Positions 11,301 to 25,255 of a DNA stretch of 64,000 bases are shown one piece after another. The notes under the pieces are model-generated. The model had not been told where the DNA came from, did not search any database, and was given only the letters and a program-made list of their open reading frames with translations. How positions within the stretch are numbered: the first letter of the stretch is position 1; the number at the start of each line of letters is the position of its first letter. The position numbers and the translations under genes are program-made. Source of the DNA: Cenococcum geophilum (taxonomy: Eukaryota); assembly GCA_050273025.1 (NCBI GenBank), contig CP158635.1, forward strand, positions 11,656,001 to 11,720,000, in the 5' to 3' direction.

Positions 11301-14300
11301 TACTTATTCTCTTCTGTTTTAAAATGGCATCTTGACTTATATATTATGCGGTTAAAATGATATCCTTTTCCTGCTAAATAATTATAATAGAAGGTACTAG
11401 CTTAGCCCTTAAGCATAACGGAATAGGCGTTATAGTATTAATTAGACTCTATTCCTACCTTTTAGCAACAGTTATAGAAGATACGTAGTTTTAAATTAAG
11501 AATATTATATAATTCCCCACTAAACTTCTTCTCCTAATCCGAGTAGAGCTTCGTAAGCTCTATAAGCAATTTTAAACTGCCTCTAATTTAAGATTAAGAT
11601 AAAAAAGGTGGGGGTTGCATTATAGGCTGTAGTAGGGACATAGGTCTGGTTGGTAGAGTCTAAGGGTTGTTAAATCGCGAAGCAATAGGATCCTGTGTCT
11701 GCTCTCATTAGGGTATAGTATCTAACGTCGAGGTTATAGGTTAAATTGGATATAGAGGAGTTAAAGGTAAAGGTAGGTTCGTCTTTAGAGGTATATTGCT
11801 TAGGTTCCATCGTGAGTTAAGCTTCCTTATAGTGCGTAGTTGGTGCTTAATCTCTTATGGAGTTTATTCGTGCTCTTCTTTTGCGTTAATAACCTACTCC
11901 TAAATATTATCTCTAATAGTACCCCCATCCATTAGTATAAACACTCTATACTCCCGTAAGAAGTTACGGAAGTTTTATATAATATCCTTCTTTATAGGAG
12001 TCTATATTTCCTTTATCTATTTAATAAAGTCCTCCTTTATATAATACTATAGCATAATATCGTTATATTTGCTGTCTTTATAGTGTGCTATACGGTATAA
12101 TAAGAATCCGTTTAAGTCCTGTTGCTTAGCGTTTATAAAGTTAATTATATTAGTATTCCATGTTTCCGGGTTAATATTCTTCTTATACTTCTTTAGATAG
12201 GTTAACGCTATAGTAGGTGCAGAATTGACGGGGTATTATACGTCGAAGGTAGATAGGATTTTCGGTTTTGTAGGATCTCGTAGGTTTACTATTAAGAGGT
12301 AGGCAATTTGAGATATTATTTGACGCGTTTTAGACGTCGTTTAACGCGTTTTGGATGTTAACTTAGGACTATAGGTTTAGTAACACTTCTGACCTAAAGT
12401 ACTTAACTAAATCTTTATAAACGTAGTTGTTCTATATAATAGACGCAACTTAGTATCTCCTAGTACTTAGTAACACTTCTATTACTAGTTTTCCGCAAGT
12501 CTAAGGTAGTATAGTGTCGCTAGGATCCATTCCATGTAAGCGCATATAGCACCCCTATATAAAACTATCTCTTCTATTTAAAAACCTAGCAGCTCTATAG
12601 TTAACTATATATTTAACCACTAATTAGTATTAGTTAAATAGGGTAACTCACTAATAACGACTACTTGAGTAGGTTATAGTGATGTTGGTTAATAAAGCTT
12701 ATTTATTAGAATGAGGGAGGGCGAGGAGCCTAAGACTCCTCGCCACGCTAGTGCCGCGGCGTCATGTAACGACCGCTTGCCTTATTCCCGACACTTTATA
12801 TTCTTCCTTAGTTATTAAGTAAATAATAATAATATTAAAATATACTATAACAAATTAATTTAAGTATTCTCCTAATATATTATTAATACGCTTTTAGAAC
12901 GTTACTAGTGCGTTTATAAGCCTAAATTGTATAACTAATAGTTTATATAGCCCTTCTATTAACCTAAAGGCTAACTTTTATTTATTGCCTTCTTTAATCC
13001 TAATCTAATAGTACGCCTATCTTAGATCTATCTTTATAAAGATTTACATATTACCTATTCTGTCTTAAATTTCGCTAATTAAGGGTAAAGGATATCTATC
13101 CTTCCTAGTAATGCTATTTAACTATTTATAGTTAATATATAGCCTTAGTTTGCTATTTTTCTTTAGTACGAACAGTACTAGATAACCCGCTAATAACTGT
13201 AATAGTCTAATATATCCCTTTTGTAAGTTTTCCTAGATAAACTCTTTTAATACTCTACCTTTTTCTTTAGTAAGCTTATAGATTAGAAAGAACCTTAGGC
13301 TTATTTCTAGTTTTAATTCTATTTTATAGCCCTATATTATATATTCTAATAGCTTTTTACTCTTTAGTAACTATAGTTTCTTACTATACTTATAGTATCT
13401 CTTTAGTATATAGCCTAATCCTTTTTCTGTTTCCTTATAGGTCGCTCCTACTTAGTACTATACTAACTTAGCTTATTATTATATTTTACGTTATTAAGTA
13501 TTTTTAATATTAACCTAACCTATAATCTAATTAATTTTTAGATTATATTCCTATAACTAAGGCATTTCTAATACTGCCTTATTATTTCCTAATAGTAATA
13601 TATTAAAAGACATCTCAATTTATCTTCCTTTAATAGTTAGCTAAATAGGTCCTATTTTAAGGTTAATAATACCTCCTCCATAGGCTATTGGATCCCCTAA
13701 AATTGTTACTAATAGGTAAAAATGCTCCTTTTTCCTATATAGTAACCCTATCCTTTTAACTGCTACTAGTAATATATAGTTCCTTATTACTCTACTATCT
13801 ATTAGTACTTTAAACTATTAATCTTACTATTTAACTTATAAATTTAGGTGTTGTCCTTAAATTCCTTTAAGGGTTTAAGGCTCTATTACTAGTTCCCTTT
13901 AATTTTATAGGCCTCTACTTTTCCTAATTATTAGCTGTTTAATTTTATTTATACTTAATCCTCTTTTAGTTAATACTTAGTTCACTTCTTATCTTTAATA
14001 TACTATAAATACGTATTCTCTAGGTATTCCTACTACTATTATCCGTCTAGGTATTCTTCTATAAGGAATCTTTTTAGCTAAAGTATTAAATCCCCTTAGC
14101 TTTGCACTTCTACTAGGTGCTAACTATATATATACTTAGCGTTCCTATATTTCGCCTTATCTAGTACTTAATATATTCTTACTAAGTACTTCTAGTTCTT
14201 ATCTTTAGGTACTCTATATATATTATATATATTATCTACGTATATAATCTATACTAATATATATAATATGCTTAGTGTTTTAGGTTAACTCTTAGTTCGT

Positions 14301-17178
14301 CTTTATTCTTAAGTTTAAACCTTTCTTATATTAATCTAAGCGTTATAACCTCGTTTATAGGTACTAAGATTCGCCTCTTCTCTAATCCTCTAATTGCTCT
14401 TTTAAATCTTTTAATATTATAATTAAGGCTCCTTTAATATAACTTATAGCCTTTTTTATAATTAAGTGGTTTTAGACAACCTTTTTATCTAGCCATATAT
14501 AGAAATCTTCCTACTTATCATTATATCGTTGTCTATACTACTTTTAGTATAACTCCTTAAGTATATACGGCTTGTCCGTAAGGAAGTATCTTCTTATTAC
14601 TACGTTATAATAGCCCTTTATATATCGTTCTTCGAACCTAGTTAAAATCCCTAAATCCTCTTTATTTTCTAGTTTAGTAAGCTACTTAGCTTTTAGTATG
14701 CCTGCTCTAGGCCTATTAGTAATTCTTTATACTAGTGCTTTATTTTATATACGTCCTAATATACTAGATCTCTTATCTAGTTTCTAATCTTGCTATGTAA
14801 TAATTCTTTACTTAAATTCTTCTATAGTTTCCTTTAGTTTTCACCTTATAAGTAAATCCTTAAAGTCTTCTTACTTCTTAATCTTGTTAATAGTCCTTAT
14901 TTATATTTTAAAATCTCAGTCCTATAGGATTCTTAATCCTAAGCTTACTTCTATCTTAAGCTTAGCTTCTACCTTAGTCTAACTAGGCTTAGGTATTTGT
15001 ATTTCATCTTAAGAGTCTTAAATTTTACTTATCTCGTCTTAAGAGTCTTATACCTATAGGAAACTCTATCCTCAGCTTATTCGCATATCTTTAAACTAAG
15101 CTATTACCCTACTCTATTGGTTTTTATTTATTATAGGTCCTTAGGTATACCTTATCTTATCTTAAGAATCTTAGTTATCTCTTATCTCGTCTTAAGAATC
15201 TTAAGCCTTTAGCCTTTTGCCTTTATTAAGTGCCGAAGTGGTTTTTATTTTACTTCTTTTACGTCTTATAAAGCGATAGATATCGTGTCTAGTAGGGTTT
15301 TAATCCCTACTAATGTTCCCTATTCTATAGTAGAATTATTTTTTACCTCTAGTATAACATCTCTAAGGTTTATATACTCCTAGTAAGCTACCTTTATTAC
15401 CTTATTATTATTAAATATTTCGCCTATATTAAATTTATTATCCTTAATATTTAATCTATAAACTAGTTCGTTAGTTCCTTTATACTCTAAGAACTTTAGC
15501 TCCTATAGCCAATAGCTTACGCTATACTTAGCGTCTTTATAAATTTAGTATGCGTTATTATAACAAAATGTAAAACTTTTAATTAAACACTCTTTTGTTC
15601 CTTATAGTATACTATTATCCCTTTATATATATATACCTTCTGCTAATCTAGTTCCCTTTATTATATAATAACTCTAACTATCTTTATAATCCCTTATAAA
15701 ATAACCTTATTTCCTGCAATTTATATAAGCTCTATTTTTAAACTACTAACTTTGCTATAGAGTTTACCTAAACGTCTTCTGTTGCTAAGATCCTTAGTTT
15801 AGCCTCTACTCCTTAGTCCTATAATTACTAGATCCTTAACCTCTAGGTTTTTATAGTTTTTAACTCTATCTCTTATAGGCTTCTTTAATACTACTTAGGT
15901 CTATTAGCTCTACGCCATACTATAGTTTCTAATTTAACTTTAGTTATTACGTATTTTGCGCCTTATATAACTATAGAACTCTATTCTAGCCTTTTTTAGC
16001 CTATTCCCTTTAGTAGATCCAATTATTAATCTTAATCACTTAATTTATTAGTTCTCTTAGGGTATTTATATCTTCTATTAGGATAATCGCGTCCTAGACT
16101 TTAGCCTTAAGTCCCTATTTATACTATACTATAAGCGCCTTATTATTTTACTTAACTTATATAGCTAATATCTAGAACTGTGTTATATACTTAATTACTA
16201 AGGTTTGTTATATAATATCTTAGAGTTTTTTTTCCGCTATAGTTACTGCCTCTAGATCTTTAAATATTTATATAAGTTGCTCTATAAACCCCTTTTAGCT
16301 TAAGAATATAAACCGTACCTCTTAATTGGTGGTTATTATTCCGTTTACTTATATTTCCGTTAGGTAAATTTTAAACTATTTAAGTGCTCTTCCTAATAGA
16401 AATAGTCCCGCATATACTATTTGATCTATAGGTATTAATAGCTTTACCACTTCTTATATAACTTTAAAGTACATTTATATAAGAAATCCTTTAAGTTTTA
16501 ATCTTTCTCCTAAGTATCTTTTAATTAATAGTAACTTAATCTTTACTACTCCTATTCTATTAACCCTTTCTTCTAGCGCCGCATTATTCGTTATTAATTA
16601 GTTAACTATCTCTTATAATTATCTAACTGTTATAAGTTGCTATAAGTTAGTATCTGCTATACTAGTGTTACCTCCTAACCTTAAAGTAGTTGCCGCCGTT
16701 AATATCATTATAATGGCTGTTTTTAGTAGCATATTATTTAACTTTCTATATTTAATACTATAACTAAGTAGTAATTATATAACGGAACCTTATAGCAAGT
16801 ACTACAATAGGCTTATTAATAGGCTAGGTGTATAGGTAATGTAAATTAAAGTTAACAACGTAATAATAACTAGTGGAGTGGTTACCTAATAGATTAACTC
16901 TAATTATATTCTAAGAATTACTATAAGAAAGGAACTATCTAGGTAGGGACTAAGGGTCCTTAAATACACAACCGTACTCCTATAAAATCCTTCTTATATA
17001 TAATATACGTATACTCTATCTACTTTATTACGGATTTTATAGATTTTATAGATTATATAGATTATCCTATATAACCTTAGTTACTATTCCTTGTTATATA
17101 GCTCTACCGGCTCTATCCCAGACCGTGCTTTAATTAACTAACTAGCTTCTTCCGACTTTCTCCCAAGTAGTTATAACA

Positions 17179-17201
17179 TTGTACTTAAAGCGTCCGTAAT
17201 A
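17179..17201 (-). mobile_element. Probable 23-bp terminus of another LTR, cut by the Gypsy insertion
   Basis: Minus strand reads tattacggacgc (RIP of TGTTACGG..). It does not match the Copia sequence expected at this position. Confidence 0.4.
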
Positions 17202-18041
17202 GTAAACTTAAATTGGCCAGGGGACTTCTAGTTTATTTAGTAGTAATAGCAGTATTTTATAAGATGCTTAATTGCCTTAACCTTAACTTTATAGCCTACT
17301 TATTAAAGAACCCTAAGCAATTAATAAACGGATGGGTGGCTAAAATGACGGTATAATTAGCGTAACTCTAACTTAGTTAAGTGGCTCTAAGTAACACTCT
17401 TTTCTAGTTAGTAAAGGAGCAACTAGGGGTGACCCTACTTGCGTATAATAGGCACCTAATTATCTCCTTAAATAAGTATATTCTTAAGGTTATTAAGCTT
17501 AACGCCTAATTAATTTATATCTTTAATGCAAAATAGAAATAGAGTGTTTGTAGGAATAATATAAAAAGTGATATACCCTAAGGGGGTTTAAACCCTAATT
17601 ATGCTAAGAGAGATTATAGTACCCTTGCTAAAACGAATCGTGTGTTAGCCTGCTATTAAATAGTTAATCTAAATAGAGCTATTAAGCTGCTAAAGGGCTT
17701 AAACTTAAGGTTCTCCTACTATAAATACTTCTGCGGCTCTAGTGTCTGATATAATACTATAGAAGATATTCGCTAAGTATTTGTTATTAAAGGAGAATAT
17801 AGAACTTTCTTTTAGCTTATTAAAGATATCTAATTTTATAATAGAATAGAGCGTAAATTAGTTATTAAGAATAGTAATGGTTTATATACTATCTACCTCA
17901 CTATACTTAGTAAAGTATTAGTTAAGGGAGTAGTCCTTGATTTCTATATCTATAAGGAGCTGTTTAACCTTATTAACTTTACCCTTAAGATCTTTTACGC
18001 CTATATATTAAACTAGGAAGCTTTAGAAGTAGGCTATAGTA
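17202..18041 (-). mobile_element. GalEa-type Copia internal fragment (protease to start of integrase); continues at 48287
   Basis: Near-identical to 9877-10715. Ends ...gaagtaggctatagTA at the Tc1 insertion. Confidence 0.9.
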
Positions 18042-19790
18042 TAAGGGGTACGGCCGAGTGTAGAATTACATACCAATCGCTTTAAGTTTAGCGTAGATAT
18101 TCTACCTACTAATTAACTCCCCTGCATATACAAGGCGGTAAAGCCCTTAACCTTATATTTTTGGTGTTAATTCTTAATAAACGCGTAAACAATACTATAA
18201 AATGCCCTCTTACTACGCTAGCGGCCGCTTATATGGCTTAATTAACACTCCTTATATAATAAAGGCAGCTATAATTACCTTAAGGCTCTTTAAAAAGGAT
18301 TCTTGGCATAAAATTAAGCGTTAAACTGGGGTTAATTACTCTATATGCATTAAGATCTTCTAAAAAGTAGAGGAGGATACTGGGAATTGCAATTTCTATA
18401 ATATATTAGCTATACTAGATAGAACCAAGCACCCTAGGCAACAGCTAAAGGTAAAAAATAGTAGTAAGTTGTCTTACAAGATATGGTAAAACATCCTACG
18501 CTTTAAAGACTATTTATTTAAAGAAGCTACGGCACTAGCTATTACTATAGCTAGCCTCCCTTTATAAAAACTGGGCTATAAACCGCTTGCTAGATTAACT
18601 ATTAAAAAGATTACTTATAAGCACCGGGATCCCCTCTATAATAAGCCAATTATATAGGGAATTAGGCCTTATAAGCTAGCTCTTAATATAAATTAAAAAG
18701 ACCTAAGATTTAAGCACTATTCTTAAATTTAAAATACTATTAAACGGACCTAGGGAAATATTATTTTTATCTATTCTAATAAGAGCCCTAAGTAGTTTAG
18801 GCTAGGTAAATTTAGGGGAAGAAAAGCTAGAGTCTCTAGGTCTTAGGGAGCTGATGCTAATAAGTATATGACTTATACGTAAGCCCCCTATTTCTTCTTC
18901 TCTTTTTAGGGTATAATATACTTAGATCTATCTATTCCCCAGCCTTATATTATCTGGGAGCCTAAATCTAATAAGCAGCAGGCTAAATTACAGCGGGAGG
19001 TAATTATTAATAATAAGAAGGCTAAAGAAAGGGCTAAGAAGAAGTAGGAGAATATATTTATTCCTAATACTATAGAATATAATTATATACAGGAGATTAA
19101 TAATAAGATTGCTAGGGATAATTAGCGTCTTAAGTAGTAGGGGATTAGGAAAGGAAGATGTTATCTTTATAGGCCTAATTAAGAGTATCTATATAAGGTT
19201 TTTATAAGAGGAAAAGGTAAAGGGATAGATATAGCTTAGTATATAAACCGTATTCTTAAGCCTCTTCTTTATCTTTACTATATAGTAGTTAAAAAGGCTA
19301 ATTCTAATAAGGAGGTGTGGTTAATTAAGGATAATATAGCTCTGCATAGGTTTGCTTAAAGGAAGCTTTCTTATCTAGCTAAAGAGCTAGGTATTCTCTT
19401 TATAGATTATCCTTTTAATTCGCCTAATTTACACCTAATTAAGCGGTGTTTTAGGAGATTAAACTATAAGGTTAATATCTATAATTATAATAGCGCTTTA
19501 AAGGCTGCTAAGAAGGCAGTAAGAGAGTAGTTAAGTAAAATATAGAGGGAGGATAAAGATTTAGGTAATTACATCCTCCATTAGGCCTTAAATAATACCT
19601 TTCTATTGGTCGCAGAGAAGTATAAATTAAAGGGTGGAAATAACAACTTCACGGCATAAATTTGTACTTGGTTTGGTGTATTATTATATAGAATTAAATA
19701 AGTTGTAGTGGTTTAAATGCGGGTGCAGCATTTTGGTGTTCGCACCCCTGCGCTTACGTAATGTGATTCTTCACTCGGCCGCACCCCTTG
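18042..19790 (+). mobile_element. Tc1/mariner DNA transposon, copy 1 (RIP-degraded DDE transposase ~18203-19659)
   Basis: TIRs (c/t)aaggggt(g/a)cggccgagtg ... cactcggccgcaccccttg with TA flanks. De-RIPed motifs SDES, W-LIEDNA-H and NSPDL-PIE. Confidence 0.92.
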
Positions 19791-19792
19791 TA

Positions 19793-20483
19793 ATAATACA
19801 GGGCGCTCCCCCTTGTAATGCCTAAGTTACGTAGTGCTGCATAGCCGCCAACGGGGCCTGCTGCGTTAATCGATTTCTACAGTATGCAACGCCGAACATC
19901 GCCCACCACCAAAATTCTTATAGAAATTGATGAATCGCGTTACATCCCACCACCCACGTATAATAACCTTGCTGTCGCTATCAGAATCGTGCTTTTGCTT
20001 AGCCGGAAATTTTGACATTGTATAGCCCTGCCCTTTAGTAAACTTATAGATATCATCAAGCACAAGCTTTTGAAACTCGTACAGCTTTAACGGAGGTAGG
20101 TTGAGAACTATGGTGGATGGGACAAATGCGATGTGTTGATTTGAGTATGGGTGCGCACTTTGATTTTCGCGATGCAGAATAATGCTCACGCTAAACCGTA
20201 TTAAATTTCTGTCCACACCGCTAAGCTAAATTGAATTTCTGTCCTAATTCTTGAACTCCCCGACTTTGCAGCAATACAATAACCCAACCATAATAGATAT
20301 TTAAAATCTGAAACCTACGCGCGACTTGCCGTGCTTTATTCTACCTTGCCCGCGTGAAAAAATCACTATTACTTACTAGACCTATTTATTTATGTTGTGG
20401 TATTTGCATGGCATTTTTGGTGTTCCTCGCTCAAATTTTCGCCAAGTCCCCGCCGCGTCCACTTAATCCTAACACCCTAACTC
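19793..20483 (-). mobile_element. Mutator-like (MULE) element 5' fragment
   Basis: Minus strand starts GAGTTAGGGTGTTAGGATTAAGTGG (MULE-like terminus). ORF 20216-19866 contains LPPLKLYEFQKLVLDDIYKFTKGQGYTMSK, resembling the FAR1-like N-terminus of fungal MULE transposases. Confidence 0.5.
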
Positions 20484-20774
20484 GTGTGAGGTGTCGCGAC
20501 ATTTACAGTCGCCATATTTACCGCAGAGGGCCACGTTAAGGGGACGCAACACTTTTAAATATCGAAGTAGCACGTCTAGCGAAGCTTTACTTAAGGATAG
20601 TGTTGCAGGGGAACCTTCCATGGCGCTTCTATGTCGTTAGCCCATGAAAATCCAGGTTTATGGTCGCAACTAATTGCTGGGTCACTTATTGCACGACCCG
20701 CATACCTCGCTTACCCTACTTTTGTATGGGAAATTCACTTATTGCTCAGCACCAAGTCGGAACCTAACGTTAAT

Positions 20775-21710
20775 TAATTGTTATAGTGGTGGTTAAAATG
20801 TTATAGGGGGTAGTAAAAAGTTTTCGCATAGGATGGTAAGATCTCGAAAACCACTACTAACGGTACTCCCTTTATAGTAGATAACTACTATATTCTTTTA
20901 TTTAACCCTATATAACCCTTATAGATATAATATAAAATCTAATATCCTTTAACCCCTAATTAAAAGTATTAATAACCTTATATTAATAAATAAGCAAATA
21001 TATATAAATAGATAAGCAAATATATATAAATAAATAACTAAATATATATAACTAAATAAGCAAATATACGGCCCCTTTTTAACTCCTAGGGCGATCGCCT
21101 ACGGAGTATATAGTTATTTACCATTAACTACTAAATACCTAGTAGCCTGGATTGCGACCTACGGTTTTCCCTATCTCCTTTTATCAGAGTTATAACCCTT
21201 AAAAAGGGCCTAGCTAGGGCCTAGGCATAAAGATACCTAAAGTACATAATATATCCCACTATTAGTACTACAGTAGCTAGAATAGATAAATCCCCCTTAT
21301 ACTTTTAATGGCTTAGGGGGGGAAGGCAAGGCATATATAGTAATAGTTAACAAGAGATAGTATATAAGGGACGGTTAAGATATAGGAGAAATAATAAGTA
21401 TACAGCAATTAATTGGCAAGGCCTAGCTGGGATATAGTAAACCCCAGCTTAAAATAAGCTAGAAAAGGAAGTAGTGGTTCCTAAAGAGTTTAAAACATCT
21501 AAGTAGGAGGACATGTATAGGCCTATAGGGCCGCTACTATGTATAAACATAGTAAATTGGGTTTTTTTTTAATCTAACTAAAGTAGCTTATAGAGTTTTT
21601 CCTCCCCTAACTACAGGGGTTTTCTTCCTATAAATATATAAGTTTTCCCCCCTATAATATGGTAGTCTATATAGGCCAGTGGGATCTATATTAGACGTTA
21701 ATCAAAGAAT
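20775..21710 (+). mobile_element. SINE-like retroposon, RIP-degraded copy lacking the 5' ribozyme
   Basis: Reverse-complement homologue of 48452-49330 (e.g. gatggtaagatctcgaaaaccactact; 3' ttagacgttaa). No clear TSD found. Confidence 0.8.
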
Positions 21711-22212
21711 TATTATTGTATAAGTTATAATATTAAAGCCTTATTTATAACTTATATACTAAAAACTAAACTTAATTAAATATTAATATAACTTACTTAA
21801 TAATATAGCTAGAAAGTTCTAAATATACCTTAAATCTTTATTATTATTATATAAAAAATAACTAAAGTTTAAAAGAGTACTTTTTAAACTTAATTTTTAG
21901 TATATATATATTAAATATTTATAAAATAAATATTATAAAAAGATAAATTTAGTATTTAATAAGCCAGATTTAAATTTTTATATAAATATCTATAATTGTT
22001 ATTAAGCTATAAGTATTTAAAAAAGACGTATTTTGGTGTTTTTTGGTGTATTTTAGCCGTGCATTGAGTGGGACCGTGCACGGAACGGGGAGAACTCCTA
22101 GTGCTGGCACCGATAAAATCTTATCCGATACGAACCGATAAAATATCGGTATTGCCAATATTGCCGATATTCCGATAATATCGCAATATTTCTTGGCACA
22201 CCAAAATATTAA

Positions 22213-24411
22213 TATCTCAACAACCACTTAATAATAAATTCTAATAATTTAGATTTAGGCTTTTATATATACTCTATAGCTTCTATTAAAGTTGCATAAT
22301 AAATAACGTCTTAGCCACCCAGACGAGACAGCCACCTACCCGAGACAGTGCACGGACCTCCTACGAAAATCAAAATTAAAACATCAAAATACTCCTCTAC
22401 TACATCACCACTATGTCCTCTACTACCCCCCAATTGCTGTTGCTTGGCCAGGAAGATCGAATGCAAATTGTTCTTTAATTATTGGAAGCTAATCCTAATT
22501 AATCTGGCTGTTTGCTTGCCCGAATATACAATCTATTACCTTTTTTTGTTTACTATTGTTGTAACAGTCGCTAATTAAGTAAGGAGTATTACCAAAAGCT
22601 TTAAAAGCTCTTAGTTATTAAGGAGGACTCCCTAGTTAAATAGATTAATATAATAGGAGCCTAGGATTGGCCACCTTAAATTTAACACCTTAAATCTATA
22701 GCTAAAAGTATCCTTACTGCAAAGAAGCGTCCTCTAGAGTTTGGCCAATACTAGTATAAAAACTTCCTTACCCGATACCTAAAGCTTAAAGCTTAATTCG
22801 CCTAAGGCCTTAATTAAAAGTAAAAGGATACTAAGAATCTAGAGATTATTAAAGAGTGGTTTAATCTTTATAAAGCTACTATTACCAAGTATATAATTCC
22901 CCTAGGCGATTAATATAATATAGATAAGAAAGGAATTATAATGGGGTTAGGCGATAAGGTTAAGGTACTTATTCCTTAATTAGAGGCTTAAGCCTTTATT
23001 ATAGAGCCAGGCAATCACGATTAGGTGTCTATTATTAAGTGTATATTAGGAGGCCAATTAGGAAGTTAATTAGGAGGTTAATTAGGAGGTTAATTAGGAA
23101 GTTGATTAGGAGGCCAATTAGGAAGTCAATTAGGAGGTTAATTAGGAGGTTAATATCGATTACCTCCCTACTTTATCTTTTAAGGAAAGCAAATATAACG
23201 ATCTTAAATATTACCTAGACTTAATCGCGAGACAGTAATTTAAGTAAGCAATTCGGGGTAGACAAATTTGGATATTGCAGTTAATTAGTTAAAATACTTT
23301 AACCAGTATACAGAGCTACGCCTTTAAGGAATCTATTACCTATTAATTCTTAATGGACACAAGAGCCACGTGTTAATATAATTTATTAAGTATTACGAGG
23401 CTTATAAGATTATCCCTCTTTATCTACCACCTCATTTAATATACCTACTTTAACCCCTAGATATTGGCATATTTAGTCCCTTATTAAAAGCCTATTAAAA
23501 ACGCCTCTACAACTTCGCCTTCTATAGAGCTATTAATATTACTAAGCCTACGTTCCTTAAGTATTACTAAGCTATATAAGACAAAGCTATATTATTAACT
23601 AATATAGCAAGTATATAGCGGGCAACTAGCCTTCTACCGTTTAACCCTTCGGTTGTTTTAAAAAAGATTTAGCTAATAACTCCTTCCTATATAAGCTTTA
23701 CAGATAAGAATGGCCACAAATTTAATATACCCGTGTCTCCTTCCGTAGAGAAGAGACTTACTAAAATATTTGGGTAGCTCTTACAAGGTGCATCACCCCT
23801 ATATTCTTAAGTTGTGTATAATATTCGGCAGTTTATATTAAGTACGGTAGCTAATAATATAATCCTCAAGCGAATAAATTAGAAGCTTCTTAAAAGACAG
23901 AAGAAGGAGCGTATTAGTAAGACAAGAGCTGCCTATAGGAAGGTATGAGTTTTATTAGTAGCAGAGGCATAGAAAAAGAACAATAAAAAGCTTTAAAAGG
24001 AATAGGAAGAGAAGAGGGTAAAGGAAAGAAAGGCTGTATTATGGGGGGTTATTACCTTTATAAAGAAGGTTTAGAAGGAACTACCAATGGATTATAGTGT
24101 ATTTATATAATAGGGTAGATTTAGGTTGACTTTGGGGTTGATTTTAGGGTCGATTTTGATATCAAATTGATTTTGATTTTCGTAGGAGGTCCGTGCACTG
24201 TCTCGGGTGGGTGGCTGTCTCGTCTGGGTGGCTAAGACGTTAGTTGAGTAGTTTTTAAGATATAGTAATTTGGCCTCGTTTTGGCCCCTAAAATTTAATA
24301 TTTTAAAAACTACTAAACTATTTATTATGTAACTCTAATAGAAGCTATAAAGTATATATAAAAGCCTAAATCTAAATTATTAGAATTTATTATTAAGTGG
24401 TTGTTAAGATA
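22213..24411. mobile_element. Fold-back MITE (~110-bp arms), left arm interrupted by pogo element
   Basis: tatctcaacaaccactt... is inverted to ...aagtggttgttaagata; flanked by TTAA on both sides. Confidence 0.7.
22306..24240 (+). mobile_element. pogo/Fot1-like DNA transposon (RIP-degraded transposase ~22413-24110)
   Basis: ~70-bp TIRs acgtcttagccacccagacgagacagcc...; TA TSD; de-RIPed DDD motifs YNMDEKG, LLILDGHKSH and QPLDIGIF. Confidence 0.95.
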
Positions 24412-25255
24412 TTAAGGTACGAATTTTCTAATTTTTGGTAAGGTTTAAGGTAAACGGGTTACCTATATAAATAGGCTACCTATAAACTATATTATCTTCT
24501 ATCTATATAATATTATAATATATTAATTTAAGAGATTAAGGATTTTAAAAAAATTTATTTTTAATACTATTGGTAAAGGGGGGGGAGTAGGCGTATAGGG
24601 GACGGAGCTAGCGGTCTTCTCCCCATAGGGTGCCTATAAGGTTACTAAGGTTTTAGGGGTATTTAGCGGGTCTAGGGGCATAGACCGCCTAAAATCTCGT
24701 TACTTAGGTGACAGAGCCCCCATAACTTTAGCGATCTTATAGGGGTTAGCCACTAGTCCCAAAAAGGAACCAATATTGGCAATATTATATTGCCGATATA
24801 TTTCCGATAGCCGATATTTTATCGGTTCGTATTGGTTCGTATCGGTGCGTGCGTATAGGTCGGCCAGACCACGCTAAAAGGTCGGCCCAATAGGCGAAAC
24901 CTCCGCCCGCCACACCAAACCCCACCCTTCCCCTCCCAAACTGACCCTACCATCCACCCTATCTTTTCTTATATATCTATCTTAAATCTATTATAAAAAT
25001 ATTTTTTATATAATAATTATTACCTTAAAGAGCTATATAAGCTATTTATAGCTTATTTTATAGTAATTTTAATAGTTTAAGCTATTTATAAAGCCTATTT
25101 AAACTAAAATAAAATCCTATAAAGGTAAATAATAAGTTTTTTCTAATATATTTAAAATATGTTTCTAATACGTTTAGAATATATTTATAACTAGTTATAA
25201 ACCTATTCTAGCTATATATAATTAAAATATATTAAGAATTATTATTAAATATAAT

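Larger units (their letters stand above)
4170..12793 (-). mobile_element. Full-length Ty1/Copia retrotransposon, GalEa-type (RIP-degraded)
   Basis: LTRs 4170-4335 and 12628-12793; TSD CTTTA (4165-4169, 12794-12798). ctaattagt (RIP of CTGATCAGT, the fungal GalEa conserved hairpin site) directly follows the 5' LTR. Order gag-PR-IN-RT-RH, with a QTDD-type RT motif near 5690. Confidence 0.93.
2205..17178 (-). mobile_element. Ty3/Gypsy LTR retrotransposon (RIP-degraded), interrupted by nested elements; 5' LTR ~16840-17178
   Basis: Minus-strand order: gag with CCHC knuckle (~15700), protease (LIDSGA-like, ~13810), RT (~13250-12794, resuming at 4169), RNase H (~3800-3450), integrase (~3150-2205). 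LTR begins tgttataact on the minus strand at 17178. Confidence 0.9.

Noticed and set aside
20460..20490. Possible right TIR partner of the CAGGGTGG end at 43873, which would imply circular permutation
   Set aside because: TIR match is weak, the putative TSD is off by one base, and the sequence fits a MULE terminus better.
20520..20545. GGGCCACGTTAA resembling part of a pistol ribozyme
   Set aside because: The complementary P1 strand and downstream conserved elements are absent.
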